32,000 nucleotides of DNA from positions 240,001-272,000 of the forward strand of contig NC_014729.1 of assembly GCF_000172995.2 (NCBI RefSeq), given 5' to 3'. Of the stretch, positions 8,493-16,073 are shown piece after piece. The position numbers and the translations under genes were made by a program. Within the stretch, counting starts at the first letter, position 1. The number at the start of each line of letters is the position of its first letter. This DNA is from Halogeometricum borinquense DSM 11551. Lineage in GTDB: Archaea > Halobacteriota > Halobacteria > Halobacteriales > Haloferacaceae. The notes below the pieces were generated by a model. It made no database searches and was not told where the DNA came from. It was given only the letters and a program-made list of their open reading frames with translations.

Positions 8493-9011
8493 CTACGCCG
8501 TGGCTTTTGCGCGCTCGTGGTACCATCCGCCGAAGGCACCGAGCGGGATCACGAACCAGCCAGCGGCCACGAGAGCGAAGACGAATGAGGGGATGAGAAG
8601 GAGGGCGAACCCTGCCGCCTCCGAGACCGGCATCGCACCGCTGTTCACGTTGCTGATAGCCAAGAACAGTGCGGGGCCGAGCGAACCCACTGCGAGACTA
8701 GCGAGCGCAGTCATCGCGCCGAACACTGCGCCGTAGAGTTCTCGATTCTCTTTGGGGTACAGTTTCCGCCAGAGGAGCGTCCCAATGACGAACGAAGTCG
8801 GAAGTACCAGCGGGAGGAAGAACAGACCCATGCCGAAGGTAAATCCGAGCGTTCCGTTTCCGGTCTTCGCGGCGATGGCCCACGCGCCCGCAAACCAGAC
8901 AACTGTCGCCAAGAGTCCAGTCGCGGCCATCGCGATTCCACCGCCGATGTCACGCCGAGAGGCGTAGGGGAGTCGCCCCGGACCGAACCGCTTGCAGAGA
9001 TTTCGTCCCAT
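8493..9011 (-). CDS. Hypothetical integral membrane protein (about 5 TM)
   Basis: From ATG at 9011: MGRNLCKRF..., followed by serial hydrophobic helices (LLATVVWFAGAWAIAA, MGLFFLPLVLPTSFVIGTLLW, FGAMTALASLAVGSLGPALFLAI, FALLLIPSFVFALVAAGWFVIPLGAF). The region upstream of 9011 is AT-rich and non-coding. Confidence 0.6.
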   Translation of the reverse strand: MGRNLCKRFGPGRLPYASRRDIGGGIAMAATGLLATVVWFAGAWAIAAKTGNGTLGFTFGMGLFFLPLVLPTSFVIGTLLWRKLYPKENRELYGAVFGAMTALASLAVGSLGPALFLAISNVNSGAMPVSEAAGFALLLIPSFVFALVAAGWFVIPLGAFGGWYHERAKATA

Positions 9012-9193
9012 GAATAAATGTGGATTGAATAACAGTAAAAATGTATCGTACTCTGACATTAGGTGGCATCTGATTTGCGGTCCTATTCGACTCGTGTTCA
9101 GAAACTTCAGCTTACTTCCTCGGAACCGACGAATAGGGGTTGCATACCGATGAATTTCTCGGTGAAGCGTGGCCTGAGTCACGCTAACCGGCC

Positions 9194-10291
9194 TCAAAAC
9201 TCGCCGCGGAACTCACGGTCGGTGAGTCGTCGCCTATCGACTGGGTGCGCTCCGAGCGTCGTCGATTTGGTCATCTCTTGTCGATACGCGTTGTACACGT
9301 GAACCGTTTCGCCGTCCTGCGTTATCTCGTCGGTACCGCGAACGCTGTCGAAGACGCGCCAGTCGGTCTCTTTCGTATGATTGAACCAACAGACCATCTT
9401 CACGTCTTCTGTCCGCACGTAGTCGTATAGCTCGGTGATCCACGCCCCCTTCCGTTCGGGGTCGTTCCCTGAGTCCACTTCGGTCGAACAGCCGACTTCC
9501 GTGATGGCAATGGGTGCGTCGGTGACGCTCCGTATCTGTTTGAGCGCCTTCCCGTATATCTTCGGCGGCGCGAACCAGCTGACCCAGTTCCACCAGTTGT
9601 ACCCGTTTACCCCCGCCCAATCGACGACATCGTCGCCGGGGTAGTAGTCGGGTATCGGGATGCCGCCGCGCCCACCGGCGTTCGGTCCCCAGATCCACTG
9701 GATGTTCGAGGAGTCGAGTCCGTTCGACATCACGCGCCTGTGGACGTGACGGAACATCGCCACGTAGTCGTCGGGCGTCGAATCGCCAGCGGGCGCACCC
9801 CACGGCACCCAGTCACCGTTCATCTCCGGTGCGAATTCGAGGAATAAACGCCGGTCTGGTCGCCCCCACCCACGTCGCATCCACTTCGTGAGCGCGTCCC
9901 GCCACGCGTCCACGCTGTCGTCGTGTTTTCCGTCGGCGATATCTCTCGAAATCGTCGTTGACGTCTCCGTCTTGGTGCCGAACGTCGGTTCTAACACCAA
10001 CATCGGGACGTGTCCGTGCTGCCAGATCGATTCGAGTGACGAGACCGTTTGCGCTATCTCCTCCTCAGATTGCCCAAGCGTCGCATACTGGACGACGACT
10101 GCGTGCGGCTTGCCGGTCCACTGCTCGAACCGGTCGAGAGACCGAACCGGCGACCGTTGTATCGAAACCCCGGCGAGGAAGTCGCCGGTGCGCGTCTCTC
10201 CGGTACCCGCTACGCTACGTACGATACCAGCCCCGCCAACAGTCGTCCCCGCCGATGCGGCGACCAACCCCAGAAACCGCCGTCTCTCCAT
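9194..10291 (-). CDS. Tat-secreted glycoside hydrolase, GH26-like (clan GH-A, beta-mannanase type)
   Basis: Start at MERRRFLGLVAASAGTTVGGAG (twin-arginine signal). FLEFAPEMNGDWVPWG (acid/base Glu context), IQWIWGPNAGG, YYPGDDVVDWAGVNGYNWW and ITEVGCS (nucleophile Glu context) resemble GH26 signatures. Confidence 0.7.
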   Translation of the reverse strand: MERRRFLGLVAASAGTTVGGAGIVRSVAGTGETRTGDFLAGVSIQRSPVRSLDRFEQWTGKPHAVVVQYATLGQSEEEIAQTVSSLESIWQHGHVPMLVLEPTFGTKTETSTTISRDIADGKHDDSVDAWRDALTKWMRRGWGRPDRRLFLEFAPEMNGDWVPWGAPAGDSTPDDYVAMFRHVHRRVMSNGLDSSNIQWIWGPNAGGRGGIPIPDYYPGDDVVDWAGVNGYNWWNWVSWFAPPKIYGKALKQIRSVTDAPIAITEVGCSTEVDSGNDPERKGAWITELYDYVRTEDVKMVCWFNHTKETDWRVFDSVRGTDEITQDGETVHVYNAYRQEMTKSTTLGAHPVDRRRLTDREFRGEF

Positions 10292-10430
10292 ACTGCTTCG
10301 TCGGCATCCCGACTCCATTAGTAAGATACGACTATTTGGCTGGGTGCTAGGCTAAAGCTCGCATTTCGCACCCGACCATTCCACGCATGCTCGACATAAC
10401 AAAACAGTCGAAAACGCTCTCTTGGGGTGC

Positions 10431-10739
10431 ATGATGGGTGGAGAACAGATATCTACTGGACTGGACGCGAGCGCAGACACGGCTTGTCCCGACTGCGATG
10501 GTGGGCGCGTCCAGCGGGTTGGGATGTTCGAACACACGACGTGTGGATTCGTCGATGTCGCGGCAGGATTCGACGCTGCGGACCGCTATCTCAGTTGTCC
10601 AAAGTGCGACGAAACGCTGACGACGGCGGATGACGGTCTCACGTGCGTCGCGTTCGTCCTTCACTGTCCCGAGTGTGACAGACGCTTCGACGACGTAGCG
10701 ATCCCGTCGCTTGCGCCGCAGTCGGCGGAGGCAGACTGA
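10431..10739 (+). CDS. Small Zn-ribbon protein with three CPxC motifs (CPDC, CPKC, CPEC)
   Basis: ATG at 10431. Its stop lies 5 nt before the GT2 start at 10745. It is acidic and has no TM segment. It may be TackOD1-like, but that rests on memory only and is unverified. Confidence 0.6.
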   Translation: MMGGEQISTGLDASADTACPDCDGGRVQRVGMFEHTTCGFVDVAAGFDAADRYLSCPKCDETLTTADDGLTCVAFVLHCPECDRRFDDVAIPSLAPQSAEAD

Positions 10740-10744
10740 GGGCG

Positions 10745-12448
10745 ATGAACGAACCGACAGACGACGCTTTCGGGTGGTCAACACGCGCGCCGGTACAACT
10801 ATTGCTACTCTTCTTTGTCGTCCTCGCGGGAGTGGTGTTGTTTCCTCCCGTGATGATTTTCGGCCCGCTGGGGTTCGCATTCGTCTTTGCGGCCCTCGTA
10901 TTCGGCGCGGTACGCTGGCAGCGGTGGTCTGAACGACTCTTCGGAACCGGTCTTCCGATTCCCGGGTGGTTCGTGGCGGCGATACTGTCGTCGTTAGGTC
11001 TGTTTGCTCTCCTCGCCTACACCGAACGATACACCACCGAAGCGACGCCGTTCGTCTTTCTCGTGGCGTTTTGCCTTCCGTGGGTGGTCTCACTCACGGT
11101 CGGTGGTCGACTTCGTCGGTTGGCTAACACACGGGTACGACTCTCCATCTGGCTTGCTATTGTCCTCTCAGCACTCGTTCTCACCGGCGGATTCGTGTTC
11201 GGGTGGTCGGTTCCAACACCGTACGAGATGGCCGTCTTCGCTGGATTCGTCGTTATCGCCTTCATCGTCGTTGTGGTATTTCCGCTCACTATCGTGCAAA
11301 TGCGCGGCCGAGAGGAGTCGGACCACACACTTGATGACGACGATGCACCGCTCGTAAGTGTCCTCGTACCTGCGTACAACGAATCGAACTACGTCGGCGA
11401 CTGTCTCGATTCGATACTCGCTTCGGACTATCCAACAGACCGGCTGGAAGTCATCGTCATCGACGACGGAAGCACCGACGGAACGTATGCGGAGGCATCG
11501 GCCTACCGAAACGACCGCGTGTCAGTCTTTCACCGCTCGAACGGTGGAAAGCATGCGGCGCTCAACCTCGGGCTCTCTTGTAGCCGCGGTGATGTTGTCG
11601 TCGCAGTTGATGCCGACAGCATCTTGGCACCGTCCGCTCTCCGAACTGCTGTCGAACAGCTTCAGTCTGATCCACGCTTGGGTGCCGTTGCGGGCACCGT
11701 CGTCGTCAATAACGCCGACGGAATCGTTGGCAGTGTGCAGGCGTTAGAGTACGTTCTCGGCATCAACACGCTCCGTCGGGCGTTTTCCTACCTCGGTACG
11801 GTGATGGTAATTCCCGGTTGCCTCGGCGTGTTCCGCCGTGAGGCGCTCTCGGAGGTCGGCGGCTACGATCCCGACACCGTTACCGAGGACTTCGATTTAA
11901 CCGTCAGACTCCTCAAGGCGGGGTGGCGAGTCGAACTCAGTGAAGCTCTCGTCTACACTGAGGCTCCGTTCTCGCTGACTGACCTTTTGAACCAACGCCT
12001 TCGGTGGACGCGCGGGAACATCCAGACGCTGCTCAAACACCGCGACGTATTTTCGGAACCGGCGTACGGATTCCTTCATCGCTTCGCGTTTCCGCTTTCC
12101 GCGCTGTCGATTCTGTTTGTACCGTTTGCGAGTATTGTTGTTACGACGATGATCTTCGTCGCAATACTCAATGGCGCGTTCCTCGGGGTGGCGCTCGTCG
12201 CAGCATACTTCCTGTTTGTTCTCCTCTTCGTCGCTGCGATGGCGCTCGATCTATCTGACGGCGACTGGCGATTGCTCGCGTACGCCCCGCTCCACCTTGT
12301 CGGCTACCGGCAATTCCTCGATGTCATCGTGATTCGGACGGCGTTAATGCTGCTTCGCGGAACGAATAAACGGTGGGAGTCAGTCACACGCGAACGCCAA
12401 CAGTCGTCGGAGGCGCTAGCAGGATCACAGCGTCCCAGTGACGACTAA
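10745..12448 (+). CDS. Membrane-embedded processive family-2 glycosyltransferase (polysaccharide synthase type; BcsA/PgaC/NodC/CslA-like architecture)
   Basis: About 6 N-terminal TM helices, then VLVPAYNES, VIVIDDGSTDGT, VVAVDADS, VTEDFDL and QRLRW (11993-12007), then about 4 C-terminal TM helices. Confidence 0.85.
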   Translation: MNEPTDDAFGWSTRAPVQLLLLFFVVLAGVVLFPPVMIFGPLGFAFVFAALVFGAVRWQRWSERLFGTGLPIPGWFVAAILSSLGLFALLAYTERYTTEATPFVFLVAFCLPWVVSLTVGGRLRRLANTRVRLSIWLAIVLSALVLTGGFVFGWSVPTPYEMAVFAGFVVIAFIVVVVFPLTIVQMRGREESDHTLDDDDAPLVSVLVPAYNESNYVGDCLDSILASDYPTDRLEVIVIDDGSTDGTYAEASAYRNDRVSVFHRSNGGKHAALNLGLSCSRGDVVVAVDADSILAPSALRTAVEQLQSDPRLGAVAGTVVVNNADGIVGSVQALEYVLGINTLRRAFSYLGTVMVIPGCLGVFRREALSEVGGYDPDTVTEDFDLTVRLLKAGWRVELSEALVYTEAPFSLTDLLNQRLRWTRGNIQTLLKHRDVFSEPAYGFLHRFAFPLSALSILFVPFASIVVTTMIFVAILNGAFLGVALVAAYFLFVLLFVAAMALDLSDGDWRLLAYAPLHLVGYRQFLDVIVIRTALMLLRGTNKRWESVTRERQQSSEALAGSQRPSDD

Positions 12449-12657
12449 TCGACGATGATTCCCGACCCTTCGTCGCCCGTCCGTTCGCTCGCCATCTCGG
12501 TTCGGTAGCGTTCGATCCATCCGGCAAAGCAGTTCGGACAGAGTCGCTGACTGTCAACTTCCGAGCGGTCCACAGTGATTCTGACAGTACGCGCGAGTGC
12601 GTCTGTCACTTGCTCTCCACACGCGTCGCATGGATCGGTATCGCTCATTGCACCCAC
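12445..12657 (-). CDS. Small Zn-ribbon protein (CDAC...CPNC)
   Basis: 70-aa acidic ORF MGAMSDTDPCDACGEQV...RLCPNCFAGWIERY. Its 3' end overlaps the GT2 stop by 4 nt (convergent). A CTATAG element lies about 27 nt upstream of the start. Confidence 0.55.
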   Translation of the reverse strand: MGAMSDTDPCDACGEQVTDALARTVRITVDRSEVDSQRLCPNCFAGWIERYRTEMASERTGDEGSGIIVD

Positions 12658-12728
12658 GTCTGTCGGCCGCCGCTATAGTCGTTGTTCTGCACGAACGCGA
12701 GAACGAGTGTAGAGAGGGGTGGGTCGCG

Positions 12729-13409
12729 CTACTTCGTCCGGAACGCGCGGTCGCCCGCGTCACCGAGTCCGGGGATGATGTAGCCATCGTCGTCGAGGTG
12801 GTCGTCGATAGAGACGGTCAGCAGGTCGGCATCGGGGAACTGGCCGCCGACGCGGAGCAGTCCGTCGGGGGCGGAGACGGCCGAGAGAACGAACAGGTCC
12901 GTGGGTTCGGCCGCGGCGTTCGAGAGTACGTGGTCGAGGACGGCGCACATCGTGCTCCCGGTGGCGAGCATCGGGTCAGCCACGATAACGGTATCTTTCT
13001 CGGTGATCTCGGGTAGTTTCACGTAGTCGATGGTGATGGGGAACTCGCCGTCGTCGTCCATCCCTGCCTCTTCGTCGCGTCCGGCGCTGATGACGCCCTG
13101 CTTTGCCCGCGGGAACGCCTTCAGCAGTCCTTCGACGAACGGCGTCGCCGCGCGCAGCACGTTGATGATGACGACGTTGTCGAGTCCTTTCACGTGCTCG
13201 CCGGTCGTCTCGGTTAGTGGCGTCTCGACGGTGACGTATTCGGTTTCCATCACGCCGTCGATGATTTCGTAGCCACAGATGCGGCCGAGTTTCACCAGAC
13301 CCTTCCGGAACGCTACCTGCTCGGTCTCAACGTCCCGAAGTCTTAGGAGCGTGTCTTTCGCCAGCGCGTGCGTGATAAGGTACGCGTCGTCTCGGTCTTC
13401 GATGGGCAT
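12729..13409 (-). CDS. upp: Uracil phosphoribosyltransferase
   Basis: [33 protein letters not shown]..., the PRPP-binding loop [14 protein letters not shown], and the C-terminal [14 protein letters not shown]. Confidence 0.92.
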   Translation of the reverse strand: MPIEDRDDAYLITHALAKDTLLRLRDVETEQVAFRKGLVKLGRICGYEIIDGVMETEYVTVETPLTETTGEHVKGLDNVVIINVLRAATPFVEGLLKAFPRAKQGVISAGRDEEAGMDDDGEFPITIDYVKLPEITEKDTVIVADPMLATGSTMCAVLDHVLSNAAAEPTDLFVLSAVSAPDGLLRVGGQFPDADLLTVSIDDHLDDDGYIIPGLGDAGDRAFRTK

Positions 13410-13537
13410 GTTGTTCGAAACGCGGGCCGTCCACAGACATAAATGCCGTTGAATCCGCCGGAGACTCCTCGTGCGAGTGGTTCACGCGATGTTGTGTACC
13501 GCGGTGATGCCTCCGTTATCGCGTCGTTACCGCGTCG

Positions 13538-13726
13538 TCATCGCGTCACGAGATACGTGACCGCCATCAAGACGAGCGCTAACGACGCGACGTTCACGAA
13601 CGTGAGTTCTACCATGCCGATAAAATCTAATCCCCACACCACGACTGCCGCGAACACTGACGAGAGAACGAGGTTCATCACGAACAACACGCGCGGGTCC
13701 CCGCTCGACGTGGGGTTTGTTCCCAT
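13538..13726 (-). CDS. Small hypothetical membrane protein (2 TM, 62 aa)
   Basis: VLFVMNLVLSSVFAAVVVWGLDFIGMVELTFVNVASLALVLMAVTYLV. Supported only by ORF shape and hydrophobicity. Confidence 0.45.
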   Translation of the reverse strand: MGTNPTSSGDPRVLFVMNLVLSSVFAAVVVWGLDFIGMVELTFVNVASLALVLMAVTYLVTR

Positions 13727-13986
13727 ACACGACCCTCCGCCCTCCGCTACTTAGATTCTTTGTCGTTGTCCGTGCGTCCCGCGGTCGAAACCGACCGTTC
13801 GCCGCCGACTCACACCCGGGTTGGTGGTAACCTATGAGGGAAGCTTCGCCGTGCAGGAGATCTACGACGAGGGCGACAAGACGGTGGTCGTCGCCGGCGC
13901 ACACGGTGTCAGGTTCACCAGTATAACACCACTGACAAGATAGAATTCTAACCATCCCATACTGATCCTGAAAAGATTATTTCAAC

Positions 13987-14002
13987 TCAAAAATACTTTT
14001 GA
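13987..14002. promoter_or_regulatory. Perfect palindrome TCAAAA-ATAC-TTTTGA in an AT-rich intergenic core, flanked by direct repeats TATTTCAACT (13978-13987 and 14045-14054)
   Basis: Read directly from the sequence. It lies in the divergent region upstream of the 14147 operon. Confidence 0.4.
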
Positions 14003-14146
14003 TTAACTTTTGTTTGGAACAAATTAGTCCCGCACAATGGCGGACTATTTCAACTGCTTTCACCCAACGCCCTCTCGCAAACGTGGTATCTGCGTGTTTG
14101 TCTGTGAACGATACCCTTTTCTCCGACGGGAGAGGTACGTGAACTC

Positions 14147-14443
14147 ATGTCAATTGCGGAGCGAATCGCGGAGTACCGCGAAATCGTCGAAGAATGGCTT
14201 CGCGGGTTCTACCACGGGCTTATCTCGCATCCGGCCTACGAGAAGATCGAAAAGGAGGCCGAAGACCAAGAGGACGCCTTCATGCTGGCGTGTTTCCCCG
14301 AGGCGTTCGGCATCCCGAGTCCCGTCTCCTACTACACTGCTGAACTCCTGCCGTATCTTGAAGACGAGTTCGAGGCGTGGGAACGGCGGATGTGGGATCG
14401 TGGGTCGCTTCTCGAACGAAAGGGCCAGCAGTACCATTTCTGA
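14147..14443 (+). CDS. Hypothetical acidic helical protein (98 aa), coupled to the downstream ArsA/Get3-type ATPase
   Basis: MSIAERIAEYREIVEEWLRGFYHG...EDEFEAWERRMWDRGSLLERKGQQYHF. Its TGA at 14441-14443 is followed 2 nt later by the ATPase ATG at 14446. Confidence 0.7.
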   Translation: MSIAERIAEYREIVEEWLRGFYHGLISHPAYEKIEKEAEDQEDAFMLACFPEAFGIPSPVSYYTAELLPYLEDEFEAWERRMWDRGSLLERKGQQYHF

Positions 14444-14445
14444 CC

Positions 14446-15414
14446 ATGCGTAAGTTCGTCTTCTTCGGCGGTAAGGGCGGCGTCGGCAAGACTACGTTGG
14501 CGTCGGCGTACGCGCTCAAATGCGCCCGTGAAGGTCTCGACACGCTTGTCGTCTCGACCGATCCAGCGCACAGTACGTCTGACGTGTTCGACCAACAGTT
14601 CGGCGACGACCCGCAGGCCGTCGAGGGCGAGACGAATCTCGCTGCAATGGAGGTTGACCCGGACACAGAGGTCGAACGGCATCTGATGGAGACAAAGCGA
14701 GCGATGGGCGATCAGGTGAGTCCCGCGATGGTCAACGAGATCGACCGGCAGATAGAGATGGCACACCAGACGCCCGGTGCGTACGAGGCGGCTCTGATGG
14801 ACCGATTTATCGAGGTGATGCGGTCGGCAGACGAGTTCGACCGCGTCGTCTTCGACACCTCTCCGACCGGTGGAACGCTCCGTCTGCTCTCGCTTCCGGA
14901 CCTTCTCGAAAGTTGGATCGACCGCCTCGTCTACAAGCGCGAGAAATCAATCGATCTGTACGAGAAGGCCGCCATCGGCAACAACGAACCCCGGCGCATG
15001 ATGGATGGTGATCCTATCCTCGACCGACTCCGGACTCGAAAAGAGCGCTTCGAGTTCGCCGGGGAGACGCTTCGAGAGAACGCCGCGTTCTTCCTCGTCG
15101 TCAATCCGGACGAACTCTCCATTCGAGAGACGCGTCGGGCTATCGACGACCTCGAATCGTACGACCTGACGATCTGCGGCCTCGCAGCTAATCGTCTTAC
15201 ACCCGAACCCGAACCCCACGAAGAGGGCCGCGGAGCGCGCTTCCTCCGCGACAGAGTCGAGACCGAACGCGAACGACTCCGTGAACTCCGCGAGGACTTT
15301 CGGTATCCGGTCGTCGCTGAAGTCGCCACCCGCGTTTCGGAGGTCAAAGGCGACCTTCTTGATGCGGTGGCCCACGAACTCGATCTCGACGTGACCATCG
15401 AATCACATGCGTAG
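14446..15414 (+). CDS. ArsA/Get3 family P-loop ATPase, single-domain (322 aa)
   Basis: FFGGKGGVGKTTLASAYA (deviant Walker A), VVSTDPAHSTSDVF, and FDTSPTGGTLRLLSLP (switch II/DTAP-like). ATG at 14446 is preferred over the upstream GTG at 14377. Confidence 0.88.
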   Translation: MRKFVFFGGKGGVGKTTLASAYALKCAREGLDTLVVSTDPAHSTSDVFDQQFGDDPQAVEGETNLAAMEVDPDTEVERHLMETKRAMGDQVSPAMVNEIDRQIEMAHQTPGAYEAALMDRFIEVMRSADEFDRVVFDTSPTGGTLRLLSLPDLLESWIDRLVYKREKSIDLYEKAAIGNNEPRRMMDGDPILDRLRTRKERFEFAGETLRENAAFFLVVNPDELSIRETRRAIDDLESYDLTICGLAANRLTPEPEPHEEGRGARFLRDRVETERERLRELREDFRYPVVAEVATRVSEVKGDLLDAVAHELDLDVTIESHA

Positions 15415-15452
15415 TCCGACGGTTTTTCTATCAACTCTCCGAAAGTGTACGT

Positions 15453-15929
15453 ATGGAACATATCGACGTGGACGATATCGACACGTTCCCTCACCCGATG
15501 GGAAGCACATCCGGTGGACAGGCGCTCTCGGATGAACTCGATGCGACGAACGTCGCACTCAACCGCTACACGCTGGAACCCGGTGAAGGTTCTTCTGGTG
15601 GCCTCCACACCCATCTCGATCAAGAAGAGGTGTTCTACGTACTCTCCGGCACGGTCACGTTCCAGACAGTGGAAGGAAGCGTCGAGGTGAGCGAAGACGA
15701 GGCAGTTCGGTTTGCGCCCGGCGACTATCACCACGGAACCAACCAGTCCGACGACCCGGCGACCGTCTTGGCTATCGGTGCACCCGGGCCGCAACACGAC
15801 TGGGAGCAGATTCGTGTTCCCATACCCTGTCCCGACTGTGAGGACGTTGACGCTCTCGGTATCCGATTCACTGACGACGGCGAGACGGCCCTGTCTTGTC
15901 CTGAGTGCGGCCGAGATGTCGAAATATAG
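15453..15929 (+). CDS. Cupin-domain protein with fused C-terminal Zn-ribbon
   Basis: Cupin motifs GGLHTHLDQEEVFYVLSGTVTF and FAPGDYHHGTN. C-terminal CPDCEDV...SCPECGRDVEI. Confidence 0.8.
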   Translation: MEHIDVDDIDTFPHPMGSTSGGQALSDELDATNVALNRYTLEPGEGSSGGLHTHLDQEEVFYVLSGTVTFQTVEGSVEVSEDEAVRFAPGDYHHGTNQSDDPATVLAIGAPGPQHDWEQIRVPIPCPDCEDVDALGIRFTDDGETALSCPECGRDVEI

Positions 15930-16073
15930 CCTTTAATCGCAGCGTACTCGCTCTGTACTCTCACTTTCTCTGCGACCGAATTTTGGGTGTCAGAAACTTG
16001 GTCGGTGTTTTGAATGGTAAAATCGTTATCATTAAGTCGCGGTTTTTCATGGGGGTGAATGAGGCACGACACC

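Noticed and set aside
8077-8736. 219-aa + strand ORF across the convergent gap and into the membrane-protein gene
   Set aside because: It has a basic, Arg/Ser-rich composition and runs through an AT-rich non-coding patch. Its 3' half is antisense to a convincing multi-TM gene.
10347-11093. 248-aa minus-strand ORF across the Zn-ribbon/GT2 start region
   Set aside because: The translation is highly basic (many Arg). It overlaps the divergent promoter and two better-supported + strand genes.
13527-13955. 142-aa minus-strand ORF
   Set aside because: It is basic and Arg/Gly-rich. It overlaps the better 62-aa membrane ORF in another frame and extends into the AT-rich intergenic region.
14037-14453. 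138-aa + strand ORF overlapping the 98-aa gene in another frame
   Set aside because: It is a basic Arg/Ser/Cys-rich product that starts inside the AT-rich promoter region. The alternative frame (14147-14443) gives an acidic helical protein coupled to the ATPase start.
14931-15797. 288-aa minus-strand ORF overlapping the ArsA and cupin genes
   Set aside because: It is Ser/Arg-rich and low-complexity, and it spans an intergenic gap. Both sense genes carry strong family motifs.
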